In this document: positions 18,465 to 26,188 of the stretch, in pieces
Layout: every line of letters starts with the position of its first letter
Position numbering within the stretch: the first letter of the stretch is position 1
NCBI GenBank assembly: GCA_027357065.1
Contig: DAHVVZ010000045.1
Location: 1-36,641 of the forward strand
Direction of reading: 5' to 3'
DNA: 36,641 nucleotides
DNA from: Candidatus Saccharimonadota bacterium
Lineage (GTDB): Bacteria; Patescibacteriota; Saccharimonadia; Saccharimonadales; UBA4665
The notes under the pieces: model-generated
What the model was told of the DNA's origin: nothing
What the model saw: only the letters and a program-made list of their open reading frames with translations
Database searches by the model: none
Made by a program: the position numbers and the translations under genes

Positions 18465-18800
18465 ATGAAGAAAGATTTACACCCAGACAACTACCGCTTT
18501 GTAGTTTTCGAAGATTTGAATAATGGCTGGCGTCTGCTGACCAAGTCTACTGCTAGTAGTGAAGAGACTACTAAGTGGGACGATGGCAATGAATATCCGT
18601 TAATTAAAATCCACGTAAGTTCTGCCTCCCACCCTTTCTTTACGGGAGAAGAGAAAATTCTAGACATCGAAGGTCGTGTGGATAAATTTAGGGCTCGCAC
18701 AGCCGCTGCCAACGAAGCTCGCGAGAAACGCACCAACGCCGCTAAAAAGCAGGCTCGCCGCAAGGCCAATAAAGTAGAACCTAAAACCGCTAAGGCCTAA
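18465..18800 (+). CDS. rpmE: 50S ribosomal protein L31, type B (no CxxC), with a basic C-terminal extension
   Basis: MKKDLHPDNYRFVVF...HPFFTG...GRVDKF is the L31 signature, and no Cys pairs are present. The start is either ATG 18465 (canonical MKKDLHP) or ATG 18456. A tail of about 30 Lys/Arg/Ala-rich residues follows the conserved core. Confidence 0.9.
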   Translation: MKKDLHPDNYRFVVFEDLNNGWRLLTKSTASSEETTKWDDGNEYPLIKIHVSSASHPFFTGEEKILDIEGRVDKFRARTAAANEAREKRTNAAKKQARRKANKVEPKTAKA

Positions 18801-18874
18801 CTAAGCTACTTCTGACTGAGTTCATACCGGGATAATACCAGGTAGATCTTCAGCCAGAGTAAACTAGATACTAT

Positions 18875-19933
18875 ATGGATCAGCGCGAGGAAACATTTAG
18901 ACAAGAGCTCAGAGAACTAGAGCTTAAATTGGCAGATCCGGCTATTTTTAACGATAGCTCTTACCCGGCTTTGGCCAAAAGACAAAAGTGGCTGATGGAA
19001 GTTATAAGTTTATTTGAGCAGCGTTCATTGCTTAAAAAGTCAGTCGCTCAAGCAACGGAGCTCCTAGACAGTCCGGATAAGGAGTTGCAGGCCATGGCCA
19101 GTGATGAAATTGCCGAACTATCCCCAGAAATTGAAATGCTTGAAGCTAAGATTGCCAATGCTACCCTTCCAAAGGATCCGAATGACGAAAAAGATGTAAT
19201 AATTGAAATTCGTGGAGCGGCTGGTGGTGACGAGTCTTCTCTATTCGCGGGCGATTTATTCCGTATGTATAGCCGCTGGGCTGAAATGCATGGTTTCGTA
19301 GTCGAACTGATTAATGAAAGTCCGAGTGATGCTGGCGGCTTTAAAGAGATTACCTTTGCCGTGCACGGGCATGAAGCTTACCGTAATTTAAAATATGAGG
19401 CTGGGGTGCACCGCGTGCAACGCGTACCGGTAACCGAAAGCCAGGGTCGGATACACACATCCACTGCAACGGTAGCAGTATTGCCTGAAGCCGAAGAAAC
19501 GGATATCGAGATTAACCCGGCTGACTTAAGAGTTGATGTTTACCGGAGCGGCGGGCATGGTGGTCAGAGCGTCAACACTACTGATTCGGCTGTCCGAATC
19601 ACCCATTTGCCTACTGGCCTAGTCGTTTCCAACCAAGATGAAAAGTCACAGATAAAAAACCGCGCCAAGGCCATGAGTGTTCTAAGAAGCCGTTTGTTGC
19701 AACACAAGATCGACGAGGAACAAAAGCAATTGTCCGAGGCTCGGCGTAAACTAATCGGGAGCGGCGACCGAAGTGAAAAAATCCGTACTTATAATTTCCC
19801 TCAGGATCGAATTACGGATCACCGCATCAATTACTCGCGCAGCAACATATATGGAGCTTTAAGCGGCAATATCGACGATATTATCGAAGCTCTAAAGGCC
19901 GCTGAATACGAGCTAATAAACCAAGGGTTCTAA
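18875..19933 (+). CDS. prfA: Peptide chain release factor 1
   Basis: 352 aa with the PxT tripeptide (RVPVTES) and GGQ motif (GGHGGQSVN). Confidence 0.96.
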   Translation: MDQREETFRQELRELELKLADPAIFNDSSYPALAKRQKWLMEVISLFEQRSLLKKSVAQATELLDSPDKELQAMASDEIAELSPEIEMLEAKIANATLPKDPNDEKDVIIEIRGAAGGDESSLFAGDLFRMYSRWAEMHGFVVELINESPSDAGGFKEITFAVHGHEAYRNLKYEAGVHRVQRVPVTESQGRIHTSTATVAVLPEAEETDIEINPADLRVDVYRSGGHGGQSVNTTDSAVRITHLPTGLVVSNQDEKSQIKNRAKAMSVLRSRLLQHKIDEEQKQLSEARRKLIGSGDRSEKIRTYNFPQDRITDHRINYSRSNIYGALSGNIDDIIEALKAAEYELINQGF

Positions 19934-19937
19934 TCCC

Positions 19938-20780
19938 ATGACCGAGCGCTCTTCTTCGGGCGAATTGTTAGCCTGGGCCGAGCTCCAACTCTCTAGGCAT
20001 CATATAGCCACCGCGCACTTAGACGCTCTGGTCTTACTTGAAGACGTGACCAAGGTCGACCGCGTCCATTTGCTTACTGAACCAAAGCAGTCCGTCACCC
20101 GTTCTCAGCGACTTAGATTTATGCGTTTAGTTAAGCTACGCTCTAAGCAATTGCCGCTAGCATACGTTCGAGGTAAAACAGAATTTTACGGCCGTGAATT
20201 TATTTTGAACCATCACGTTTTAGAACCTCGACCAGAGAGTGAAGCCTTAATTGAAGAGCTGAATCGAGTCGTTAGTCATGATCCTAAGATCAATACGGTC
20301 ATGGACATAGGTACCGGGTCAGGCGCCCTTATAATTAGCGCCAAACTTGAGCATCCTAAACTTGAAGCCATCGCCGTAGACATTGGCCCCCAGTGCCTAA
20401 AAGTCGCACGTCGAAACGCAAAAACTCACGCCGCTACAATAAATTTTTACCGAGGCAACCTAATCACACCGATACCCAAATCAATATGGTCGGGGCAAGA
20501 AATATTGATTGCTAACCTGCCCTACGTCCCGGATAATTGGCAAATTAATCCTTCGGCTGCACGTGAGCCGGCAATAGCAATTTTTGGTGGCCCGGACGGA
20601 CTTAAGTTATACAGACTTTTATTCGAACAGTTAAGCCAACTCGCACACCCTCCAAAATGGGTATTGACTGAAGCGCTTCCGCCCCAACATCAGGCTCTGT
20701 CCGAGATTGCTCTCAAACAAAATTACAAGCTTCATCTAACTAACGATTTTGTCCAAGTGTTTAAAAAACTAATCCGTTAA
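19938..20780 (+). CDS. prmC: Release factor glutamine N5-methyltransferase PrmC/HemK
   Basis: 280 aa with the SAM motif DIGTGSGAL and a catalytic motif reading NLPY (canonical NPPY). It lies directly downstream of prfA. Confidence 0.88.
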   Translation: MTERSSSGELLAWAELQLSRHHIATAHLDALVLLEDVTKVDRVHLLTEPKQSVTRSQRLRFMRLVKLRSKQLPLAYVRGKTEFYGREFILNHHVLEPRPESEALIEELNRVVSHDPKINTVMDIGTGSGALIISAKLEHPKLEAIAVDIGPQCLKVARRNAKTHAATINFYRGNLITPIPKSIWSGQEILIANLPYVPDNWQINPSAAREPAIAIFGGPDGLKLYRLLFEQLSQLAHPPKWVLTEALPPQHQALSEIALKQNYKLHLTNDFVQVFKKLIR

Positions 20781-20784
20781 TTTC

Positions 20785-22068
20785 CTATTGAGGCATAATC
20801 CCTAGTTTAGCTTTAATAGTTAACGTCTGCGTTCCGCGCACTACTGTAAGCGTAATTTTTGTTCCCGGTCGATATTGGTCAACCAGCATGGTTAGATCGT
20901 TCTGACTATTGACCGCCACGCCATTAACTTTAGTGATTACATCTCCCGGTTTCAGCCCTGCCTTAGACGCCGCGCTACCGGCTATAATGGATGGAGTTGA
21001 ACCATTACCCTTTGGTATATATGCACCATTATTGGTATGTAGGCCGTACTGATTAACTAAAGCCGGTGTCACTAACGTAAACCTTACCCCAAGAAACGGA
21101 CGCTCAAATTTACCAGTCTTAACTACCGACTTAACCAGACCTTTTACCTCGTTAATTGGTATCGCAAAACCAATGTTTTGAGAATTACTGGCAATCGCTG
21201 TGTTAATGCCTATTACCTGACCATTTAGGTTAACTAATGGCCCGCCGGAATTACCCTCATTGATAGCCGCATCGGTCTGGAACATGTCCGTTAGCGTTTC
21301 GCTAGTACTACTAGTTGACGGAGTGCCGAAGATGCTGGTAGTGCCGCCGCTACTGCTACTTGCGGAAATATTTCGCCCAAAACCAGAAATAATCCCGCTT
21401 GTAACGGTATTCTGGAATTGGCCTAATGCGTTTCCAATTGCCACCACTCCATCGCCAACCTGAACTTGAGAGGAGTTACCTAACACTAACGGGGTCAATG
21501 TCTGACCCTCGGTATTGTTAATTTTGAGGATGGCGATATCTAAACTATCACTGGGTGAAGTTCGTCCAACTACAGAAACATTATTTAGTTGAGTCCCATT
21601 AGCTAAAGTGATGCTGATCGATGTCGTACCGGCCGGAACAACATGCCGGTTGGTAAGTACTAATCCATTGGTTGATATGATTATGCCCGTCCCCTCGGAT
21701 TGCTGCTGGATTGGTTGAGAAAAGCCGAAGAAACTTGAAGCTTGAGTAGTCATAGTGGCAGTAATACTAACTACGCCAGGGCTAAGTTTTTTAGCAATAC
21801 TACTGATTAGTTGAGGATTGCCGCCACGCAACAGCTGAGTGCCGGAAGTTGAAGATGTCAATATCTGTCCCTTGAAACCTACTGATTCAATCCATCCACC
21901 AAGCAGACCGCCAGCAATGCCGACAACTAAAACGAATAGCATCAGCCAGGCTTGAGCCTTGCTAACTATGCGACTAAAACGCACTTTAGGAATGTTGGGT
22001 ATCGTTAAGGTAATCGTTTTAGCCTGACGCGGCTTTTGTGGTTTAGTGTTGAGTGGTTGCTGATCCAT
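20785..22068 (-). CDS. HtrA/DegP-family serine protease with a C-terminal PDZ domain
   Basis: 427 aa with an N-terminal TM, a trypsin-like catalytic triad context (TNRHV, DIAILK, GNSGGPLVN) and a PDZ domain (GLKPGDVITKVNG). Confidence 0.9.
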   Translation of the reverse strand: MDQQPLNTKPQKPRQAKTITLTIPNIPKVRFSRIVSKAQAWLMLFVLVVGIAGGLLGGWIESVGFKGQILTSSTSGTQLLRGGNPQLISSIAKKLSPGVVSITATMTTQASSFFGFSQPIQQQSEGTGIIISTNGLVLTNRHVVPAGTTSISITLANGTQLNNVSVVGRTSPSDSLDIAILKINNTEGQTLTPLVLGNSSQVQVGDGVVAIGNALGQFQNTVTSGIISGFGRNISASSSSGGTTSIFGTPSTSSTSETLTDMFQTDAAINEGNSGGPLVNLNGQVIGINTAIASNSQNIGFAIPINEVKGLVKSVVKTGKFERPFLGVRFTLVTPALVNQYGLHTNNGAYIPKGNGSTPSIIAGSAASKAGLKPGDVITKVNGVAVNSQNDLTMLVDQYRPGTKITLTVVRGTQTLTIKAKLGIMPQ

Positions 22069-22109
22069 GCTAACTTTCTAATAGCTTTCCTTGCATATTT
22101 ACTTTACGT

Positions 22110-22868
22110 TTAAACTACTTTACTGCCCCAATCTGAGAAAATGATGACAACTACAACGATTACTAGCATAAACGCAATCAGCTGTTGTTTAAAGGCCTTG
22201 CTCAACTTATCGTTATGGTCCAAGTAATAAAGCGCTGAAATAGCGTAACTGATAGTTATTAGCAGTATTGTGGGTTGCGAAAAGACGCCGTAGTAAAGCA
22301 GCCAGTGGCTTAATAGCCACGCCAGCGAAGCTCCGAAATAACCCCACAAGTAACTTAGGAGTCTCGAATAACTCTCATCAAATGAATCAAAGAAGTGACG
22401 CGCAGCCAGAAAACAAATTAGACCCGTCAGTAAAGTCAGCCCATAGATTGGACCGTTTGGCCAAAGCAAGTATAAGGCGCTCAGCCCAGCTAATTGACCA
22501 ATACAGGCCTGAATGGAAATCATCAGACTTCCATTAGCTGGCTTAAGGTAGATTAGCCAAATGCCATAAGCTATCGCCCAAGCAAACTGAACTAAGGCGG
22601 TCGAGCTATGGAGCATAAAGATAACTACCGAGACGCCGACTATAAGGTCTATCGAGTTGGCGCGAATATTAGCTAGCCAGAAGCGTGGTCGCACTGCAAA
22701 CATGCGCCATTTACTTAACACAACTAAAGCTATAGCCAGTTGAGTGAACTGATCTTGATTTAGCCTTACTAGCGCAAATATTATTAGCGGCAGGGCGACC
22801 TGCAGCGCATTATGGGCGAGCGACGAAAAACCTCTAGTCGGTTTTAGCCGCCTTAACACGTCATCCAT
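22110..22868 (-). CDS. Polytopic membrane protein of unknown function
   Basis: 252 aa with multiple hydrophobic segments of about 20 aa throughout. I recognise no catalytic motif. Confidence 0.6.
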   Translation of the reverse strand: MDDVLRRLKPTRGFSSLAHNALQVALPLIIFALVRLNQDQFTQLAIALVVLSKWRMFAVRPRFWLANIRANSIDLIVGVSVVIFMLHSSTALVQFAWAIAYGIWLIYLKPANGSLMISIQACIGQLAGLSALYLLWPNGPIYGLTLLTGLICFLAARHFFDSFDESYSRLLSYLWGYFGASLAWLLSHWLLYYGVFSQPTILLITISYAISALYYLDHNDKLSKAFKQQLIAFMLVIVVVVIIFSDWGSKVV

Positions 22869-22931
22869 TTGCTACTAATAGTACTACAGAATACTTAAGC
22901 TTTAGAACCTATTCGGATGCTAAGCGGCGCA

Positions 22932-22940
22932 TGGTATAGT
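22932..22940 (+). promoter_or_regulatory. Extended -10 (TGGTATAGT) upstream of lepB
   Basis: TGGTATAGT lies on the plus strand and ends 14 nt before the ATG at 22955. It overlaps the TTG that the ORF track uses as a start. Confidence 0.45.
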
Positions 22941-22954
22941 TGTACAACGTGGTT

Positions 22955-23593
22955 ATGATTTTTAAATCCCGCAAAAATAAGCTCGAAGGGCAAGCTCTAC
23001 AAAGTCCCAAAAACTCACGTTGGCACGACGTTCTATCTCTGGCCGGCGTGATCTTGCTTGCTTTAGTTTTCGCGCTATTAATCACGACGTATGTATTTCG
23101 CTCTTATGCCGTTGATGGCCCGAGCATGGAACCGACCCTACAGAACCAAGATAAGTTAATTATTTGGAAGGTTCCGCGCACCTGGGCCATGATAACCGGA
23201 CACCAGTACGTACCCAAACGGGGCGATATTATCGTATTTAATGAGAGTAACTTGACTGAGTGCGAGCAAACCGGAACTAAACAACTAATTAAACGAGTTA
23301 TTGGTCTGCCGGGAGACAAGGTGGTCATTAAAAACGGCGTAGTGACAATTTTCGACGCAAAGCATCCGCACGGGTTCCAACCTGACGCGGTTCTGGCTTA
23401 CAACAAAACGCACTTTATACCCTATACCAATCACAACGAAACAGTTCAGCTAAACTCACACCAACTGTTCGTAATGGGTGACAATCGGCCAGTTTCATGT
23501 GACTCTAGAATCTTTGGCCCGATAAACACCAGCCAAATAGTAGGTCAGCTGGTTTTAAGAATATTACCGATTAACGATACTAAGCTGTTCTAA
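22955..23593 (+). CDS. lepB: Signal peptidase I
   Basis: Motifs are the catalytic Ser (DGPSMEPTL), the Lys box (KRVIGLPGD) and GDNRPVSCDSR, with one N-terminal TM. I prefer ATG 22955 over the TTG at 22940 because the TTG lies inside the predicted -10. Confidence 0.9.
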   Translation: MIFKSRKNKLEGQALQSPKNSRWHDVLSLAGVILLALVFALLITTYVFRSYAVDGPSMEPTLQNQDKLIIWKVPRTWAMITGHQYVPKRGDIIVFNESNLTECEQTGTKQLIKRVIGLPGDKVVIKNGVVTIFDAKHPHGFQPDAVLAYNKTHFIPYTNHNETVQLNSHQLFVMGDNRPVSCDSRIFGPINTSQIVGQLVLRILPINDTKLF

Positions 23594-24453
23594 CGAATAC
23601 GCTCAATCAGTCTTGCTAATTCCTCGTCACTAGTAAAGGTAATCTCCAGTCGTCCACCCTTGGCCATTCTGCGAATATGAACCTGCGTACCTAAGCGTGC
23701 ACTAAGCGTTTTAGTTTCGGGAGTTTCAGCTGCAACTTTCGCTCTCGCCTCGCTATCATTCCGGGCGCCAGATTTAATAGACGTAACATAGCGTTCGGCT
23801 TGACGTACACTCCATCCGCCAATGCAATTCTTTAAAAGAATCTTTTGGTATTCCGGATAACCTTTAAGCGAAAGGATGGCGCGGGCATGACCCTCTGTGA
23901 TAATTTTTTTATTCAATGCCTCAATGACTTCTTCAGGCAACTGCAACAGCCTCGCAATATTGTTCACTGTCGACAATGCCTTGCCAAGCTTCTTGGCAAT
24001 CATTTCATAAGTCATACTAAACTGCTGGTGTAAATGCTCAATACCCATTGCCTGTTCAATTGGCGATAAATCGACACGTTGTACGTTTTCGATCATGGCC
24101 ATTTCTAAACGTTCAAGCTCTTTTAAAGTTCTTACGATTGCCGGTATGGTTTTTTCGCCCGCTAGCTTAGCCGCTCTAAGACGACGCTCACCTGCGACCA
24201 GTAGATAGTGGCCATTTTTTAACGGAGCGACGATAATCGGTTGAATTACGCCGTGTTGCTTAATCGACTCCGCAAGCTCAGATAAACCTGTATTATCAAA
24301 GTGTTTGCGTGGCTGGTCTTTATTAGGCTCTACTACATCAAGCGCTAATTTATGAACCTTTTCCAAAGTCTCGCCAAGCTTACTGGCATCAATGTCTTGA
24401 GGTATTAATGCAGAAAGCCCGCTACCTAATCCGTGTTTTTGTTTGTTGGCCAT
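23590..24453 (-). CDS. parB: Chromosome partitioning protein ParB/Spo0J
   Basis: 287 aa with GLGSGLSALI, the ParB box LVAGERRLRAAKLAG and an HTH segment. Its stop codon overlaps the lepB stop in convergent orientation. Confidence 0.93.
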   Translation of the reverse strand: MANKQKHGLGSGLSALIPQDIDASKLGETLEKVHKLALDVVEPNKDQPRKHFDNTGLSELAESIKQHGVIQPIIVAPLKNGHYLLVAGERRLRAAKLAGEKTIPAIVRTLKELERLEMAMIENVQRVDLSPIEQAMGIEHLHQQFSMTYEMIAKKLGKALSTVNNIARLLQLPEEVIEALNKKIITEGHARAILSLKGYPEYQKILLKNCIGGWSVRQAERYVTSIKSGARNDSEARAKVAAETPETKTLSARLGTQVHIRRMAKGGRLEITFTSDEELARLIERIR

Positions 24454-24502
24454 AATTCTCTTCTTAATTTAACTATAGCATAAGCTCTAAAATTAGAGCT
24501 TT

Positions 24503-25267
24503 TTAGGCCCCGCCGACACGGTTATGCACCTCTTTGGCTAAGGAGTGGTAAGCACGTGCTCCCTTGCTCCACTTATCATAACTGTAGATGGTCATGCCAT
24601 AGCTAGGTGCCTCTGCCAAGCGCACATTGCGCGGGACTACTGTTGTAAAAACTTTATCTCCAAAGTGCTTTTCCACCTCTCCTTTTACTTGCTCGGCTAG
24701 AGTAGTACGTTTGTCATACATTGTAAGTAATACACCAAGCAATTCAATGTTTGGATTCAGCCCGCTTTTAATTAGTTGTATCACCTCTAAAAGTTGGCTT
24801 AAACCTTCTAGCGCGTAGTACTCGGTTTGCACCGGAATGATAATACTGTCGGCTGCGGTCAAAGCGTTAACGGTTAAAAGACTTAAAGACGGAGGACAGT
24901 CAATTATTATATAGTCATAATTACTACGCTCTAAAGCGCGTTTTAATCGAAATTCTCTGTCCACTCCATTCACTAGTTCAACCTCAAGTCCGGCCAAACT
25001 TTGAGCGGTTGGAATCAAGTGCACTCCACCTTCAGCATGTAAGACAATCTGCTCGAACGGCTTTGCGCCAAGCATTAACTCTTTAGTTGACGCAGTGATT
25101 AGCTGCTTATCGACGCCCAGGCCACTCGTCGCGTTTCCTTGCGGATCAATATCTACTACCAAAACGGACTTATTGAGCTTTCTTAAGAAAATAGCTAGAT
25201 TAACGACCGTTGTTGTTTTACCAACGCCACCTTTTTGGTTTAGTACCGCTATGATATGTCTTGCCAT
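24503..25267 (-). CDS. parA: Chromosome partitioning ATPase ParA/Soj
   Basis: 254 aa with the deviant Walker A NQKGGVGKTT, and DCPPSL. Confidence 0.94.
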   Translation of the reverse strand: MARHIIAVLNQKGGVGKTTTVVNLAIFLRKLNKSVLVVDIDPQGNATSGLGVDKQLITASTKELMLGAKPFEQIVLHAEGGVHLIPTAQSLAGLEVELVNGVDREFRLKRALERSNYDYIIIDCPPSLSLLTVNALTAADSIIIPVQTEYYALEGLSQLLEVIQLIKSGLNPNIELLGVLLTMYDKRTTLAEQVKGEVEKHFGDKVFTTVVPRNVRLAEAPSYGMTIYSYDKWSKGARAYHSLAKEVHNRVGGA

Positions 25268-25300
25268 GTCACCCTATCTGATCTTAAGCGTATCACCTTT

Positions 25301-25321
25301 TAAATTAGTCGTAAATTAGTC
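25301..25321. repeat. Tandem direct repeat TAAATTAGTC x2 (11-bp period) upstream of parA
   Basis: The copies at 25301-25310 and 25312-25321 are identical 10-mers separated by 1 nt. They lie 34-54 bp upstream of the parA ATG. Confidence 0.7.
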
Positions 25322-25728
25322 CGGATACTTATAAGGGGCGCTCCATCTTCGCTGTTGGCTCAGATTTAGCACCCCTAGTGTATTTTGCGTCTTACGGAGA
25401 CGCTTTAGTGTTGAGTTTTTGCCTTTATTTTATTTATAAGGCTTGTTTTGTTATTTTAACCAATTTTTGTTGGTTTAGGATTAGTGCGAGTCTCCCAAGG
25501 CCAGGGACCATCCAATCCTATGTAGTTAGTATCTACCTTAGCTAAAGAGTAATCAAGCATTTTTTGAGTAATATTTGCATGCATATTGTGGTATTAAAAA
25601 AGCAATATTTTGGGCATTTTTCCGTTGATATTTTTGCAATATAGGACTAACTTTCAAGTTATGAGCCCCTAAAGATTAATGAGCAGCAGGCAACGTTAGA
25701 TTCTTTCTTGGTTGAGTTTTTAACAACT

Positions 25729-25765
25729 ATAAAAAATACGCCCGAAAGTTATCCACAGGCGTATT
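25729..25765 (-). terminator. Rho-independent terminator of rplU
   Basis: The minus strand reads AAUACGCC, a 15-nt loop, GGCGUAUU, then UUUUAU. The structure starts 9 nt after the rplU stop. Confidence 0.7.
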
Positions 25766-25773
25766 AATTTATG

Positions 25774-26091
25774 CTATTCAGTTTTTGAAGCAATCTTAAC
25801 GATCTTAATGGTCGTTAAGTGTTGGCGGTGACCGTGAACTTTGTGTACCCGCTTCTTTGCCTTGTAGCGAATCGAGGTTACTTTGTCGCCCAGTTTATCG
25901 GCTTCGATAATATCGGCGCTCACTTTTGCATTTTTAATAAGAGGTTTACCGATGCTAACCTTTTCACCATCCAGTATTAGAAGTGGCTCAAAATCAATAT
26001 TTTTATCGGCCACAAGCTTTTCAACATCAAGTACATCGCCTTCGGCTACCAGATACTGCTTTGAACCGGTAGTAATTACCGCTTTTTTCAT
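25774..26091 (-). CDS. rplU: 50S ribosomal protein L21
   Basis: 105 aa. MKKAVITTGSKQYLVAEGDVL...KKRVHKVHGHRQ is the L21 signature. An AAGGA SD is present. Confidence 0.95.
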   Translation of the reverse strand: MKKAVITTGSKQYLVAEGDVLDVEKLVADKNIDFEPLLILDGEKVSIGKPLIKNAKVSADIIEADKLGDKVTSIRYKAKKRVHKVHGHRQHLTTIKIVKIASKTE

Positions 26092-26128
26092 AATATTTAT
26101 CCTTGAGATCTAAGAAAGTTACCGGTTG

Positions 26129-26158
26129 ATTCTAACAGATATAAGGTGTAAGTGTCAA
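26129..26158 (-). promoter_or_regulatory. rplU promoter candidate (TTGACA - 18 nt - TAGAAT)
   Basis: On the minus strand the -35 TTGACA is at 26158-26153 and the -10 TAGAAT at 26134-26129. Confidence 0.5.
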
Positions 26159-26188
26159 AAAGAATCTATCGGCGTAGTCAATCTAAAT

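Noticed and set aside
23491-23506. A parS-like sequence AGTTTCATGTGACTCT inside the 3' end of lepB, next to parB.
   Set aside because: It has five mismatches to the 16-bp TGTTTCACGTGAAACA consensus and its dyad symmetry is broken. This is most likely chance.
25434-25511. A 25-codon minus-strand sORF (MVPGLGRLALILNQQKLVKITKQAL) with an AGGA 4 nt upstream, in the rplU-parA gap.
   Set aside because: It is too short and compositionally unremarkable to support from sequence alone. The SD spacing is suboptimal. It is kept only as a possibility within the gap finding.
25749-25757. A perfect DnaA box TTATCCACA close to parAB and an AT-rich tract, which could indicate oriC.
   Set aside because: It is the only 9-mer in the 506-bp gap within two mismatches of the consensus. 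It sits in the loop of the rplU terminator hairpin. One box with no cluster and no dnaA/dnaN nearby is not enough to call an origin.
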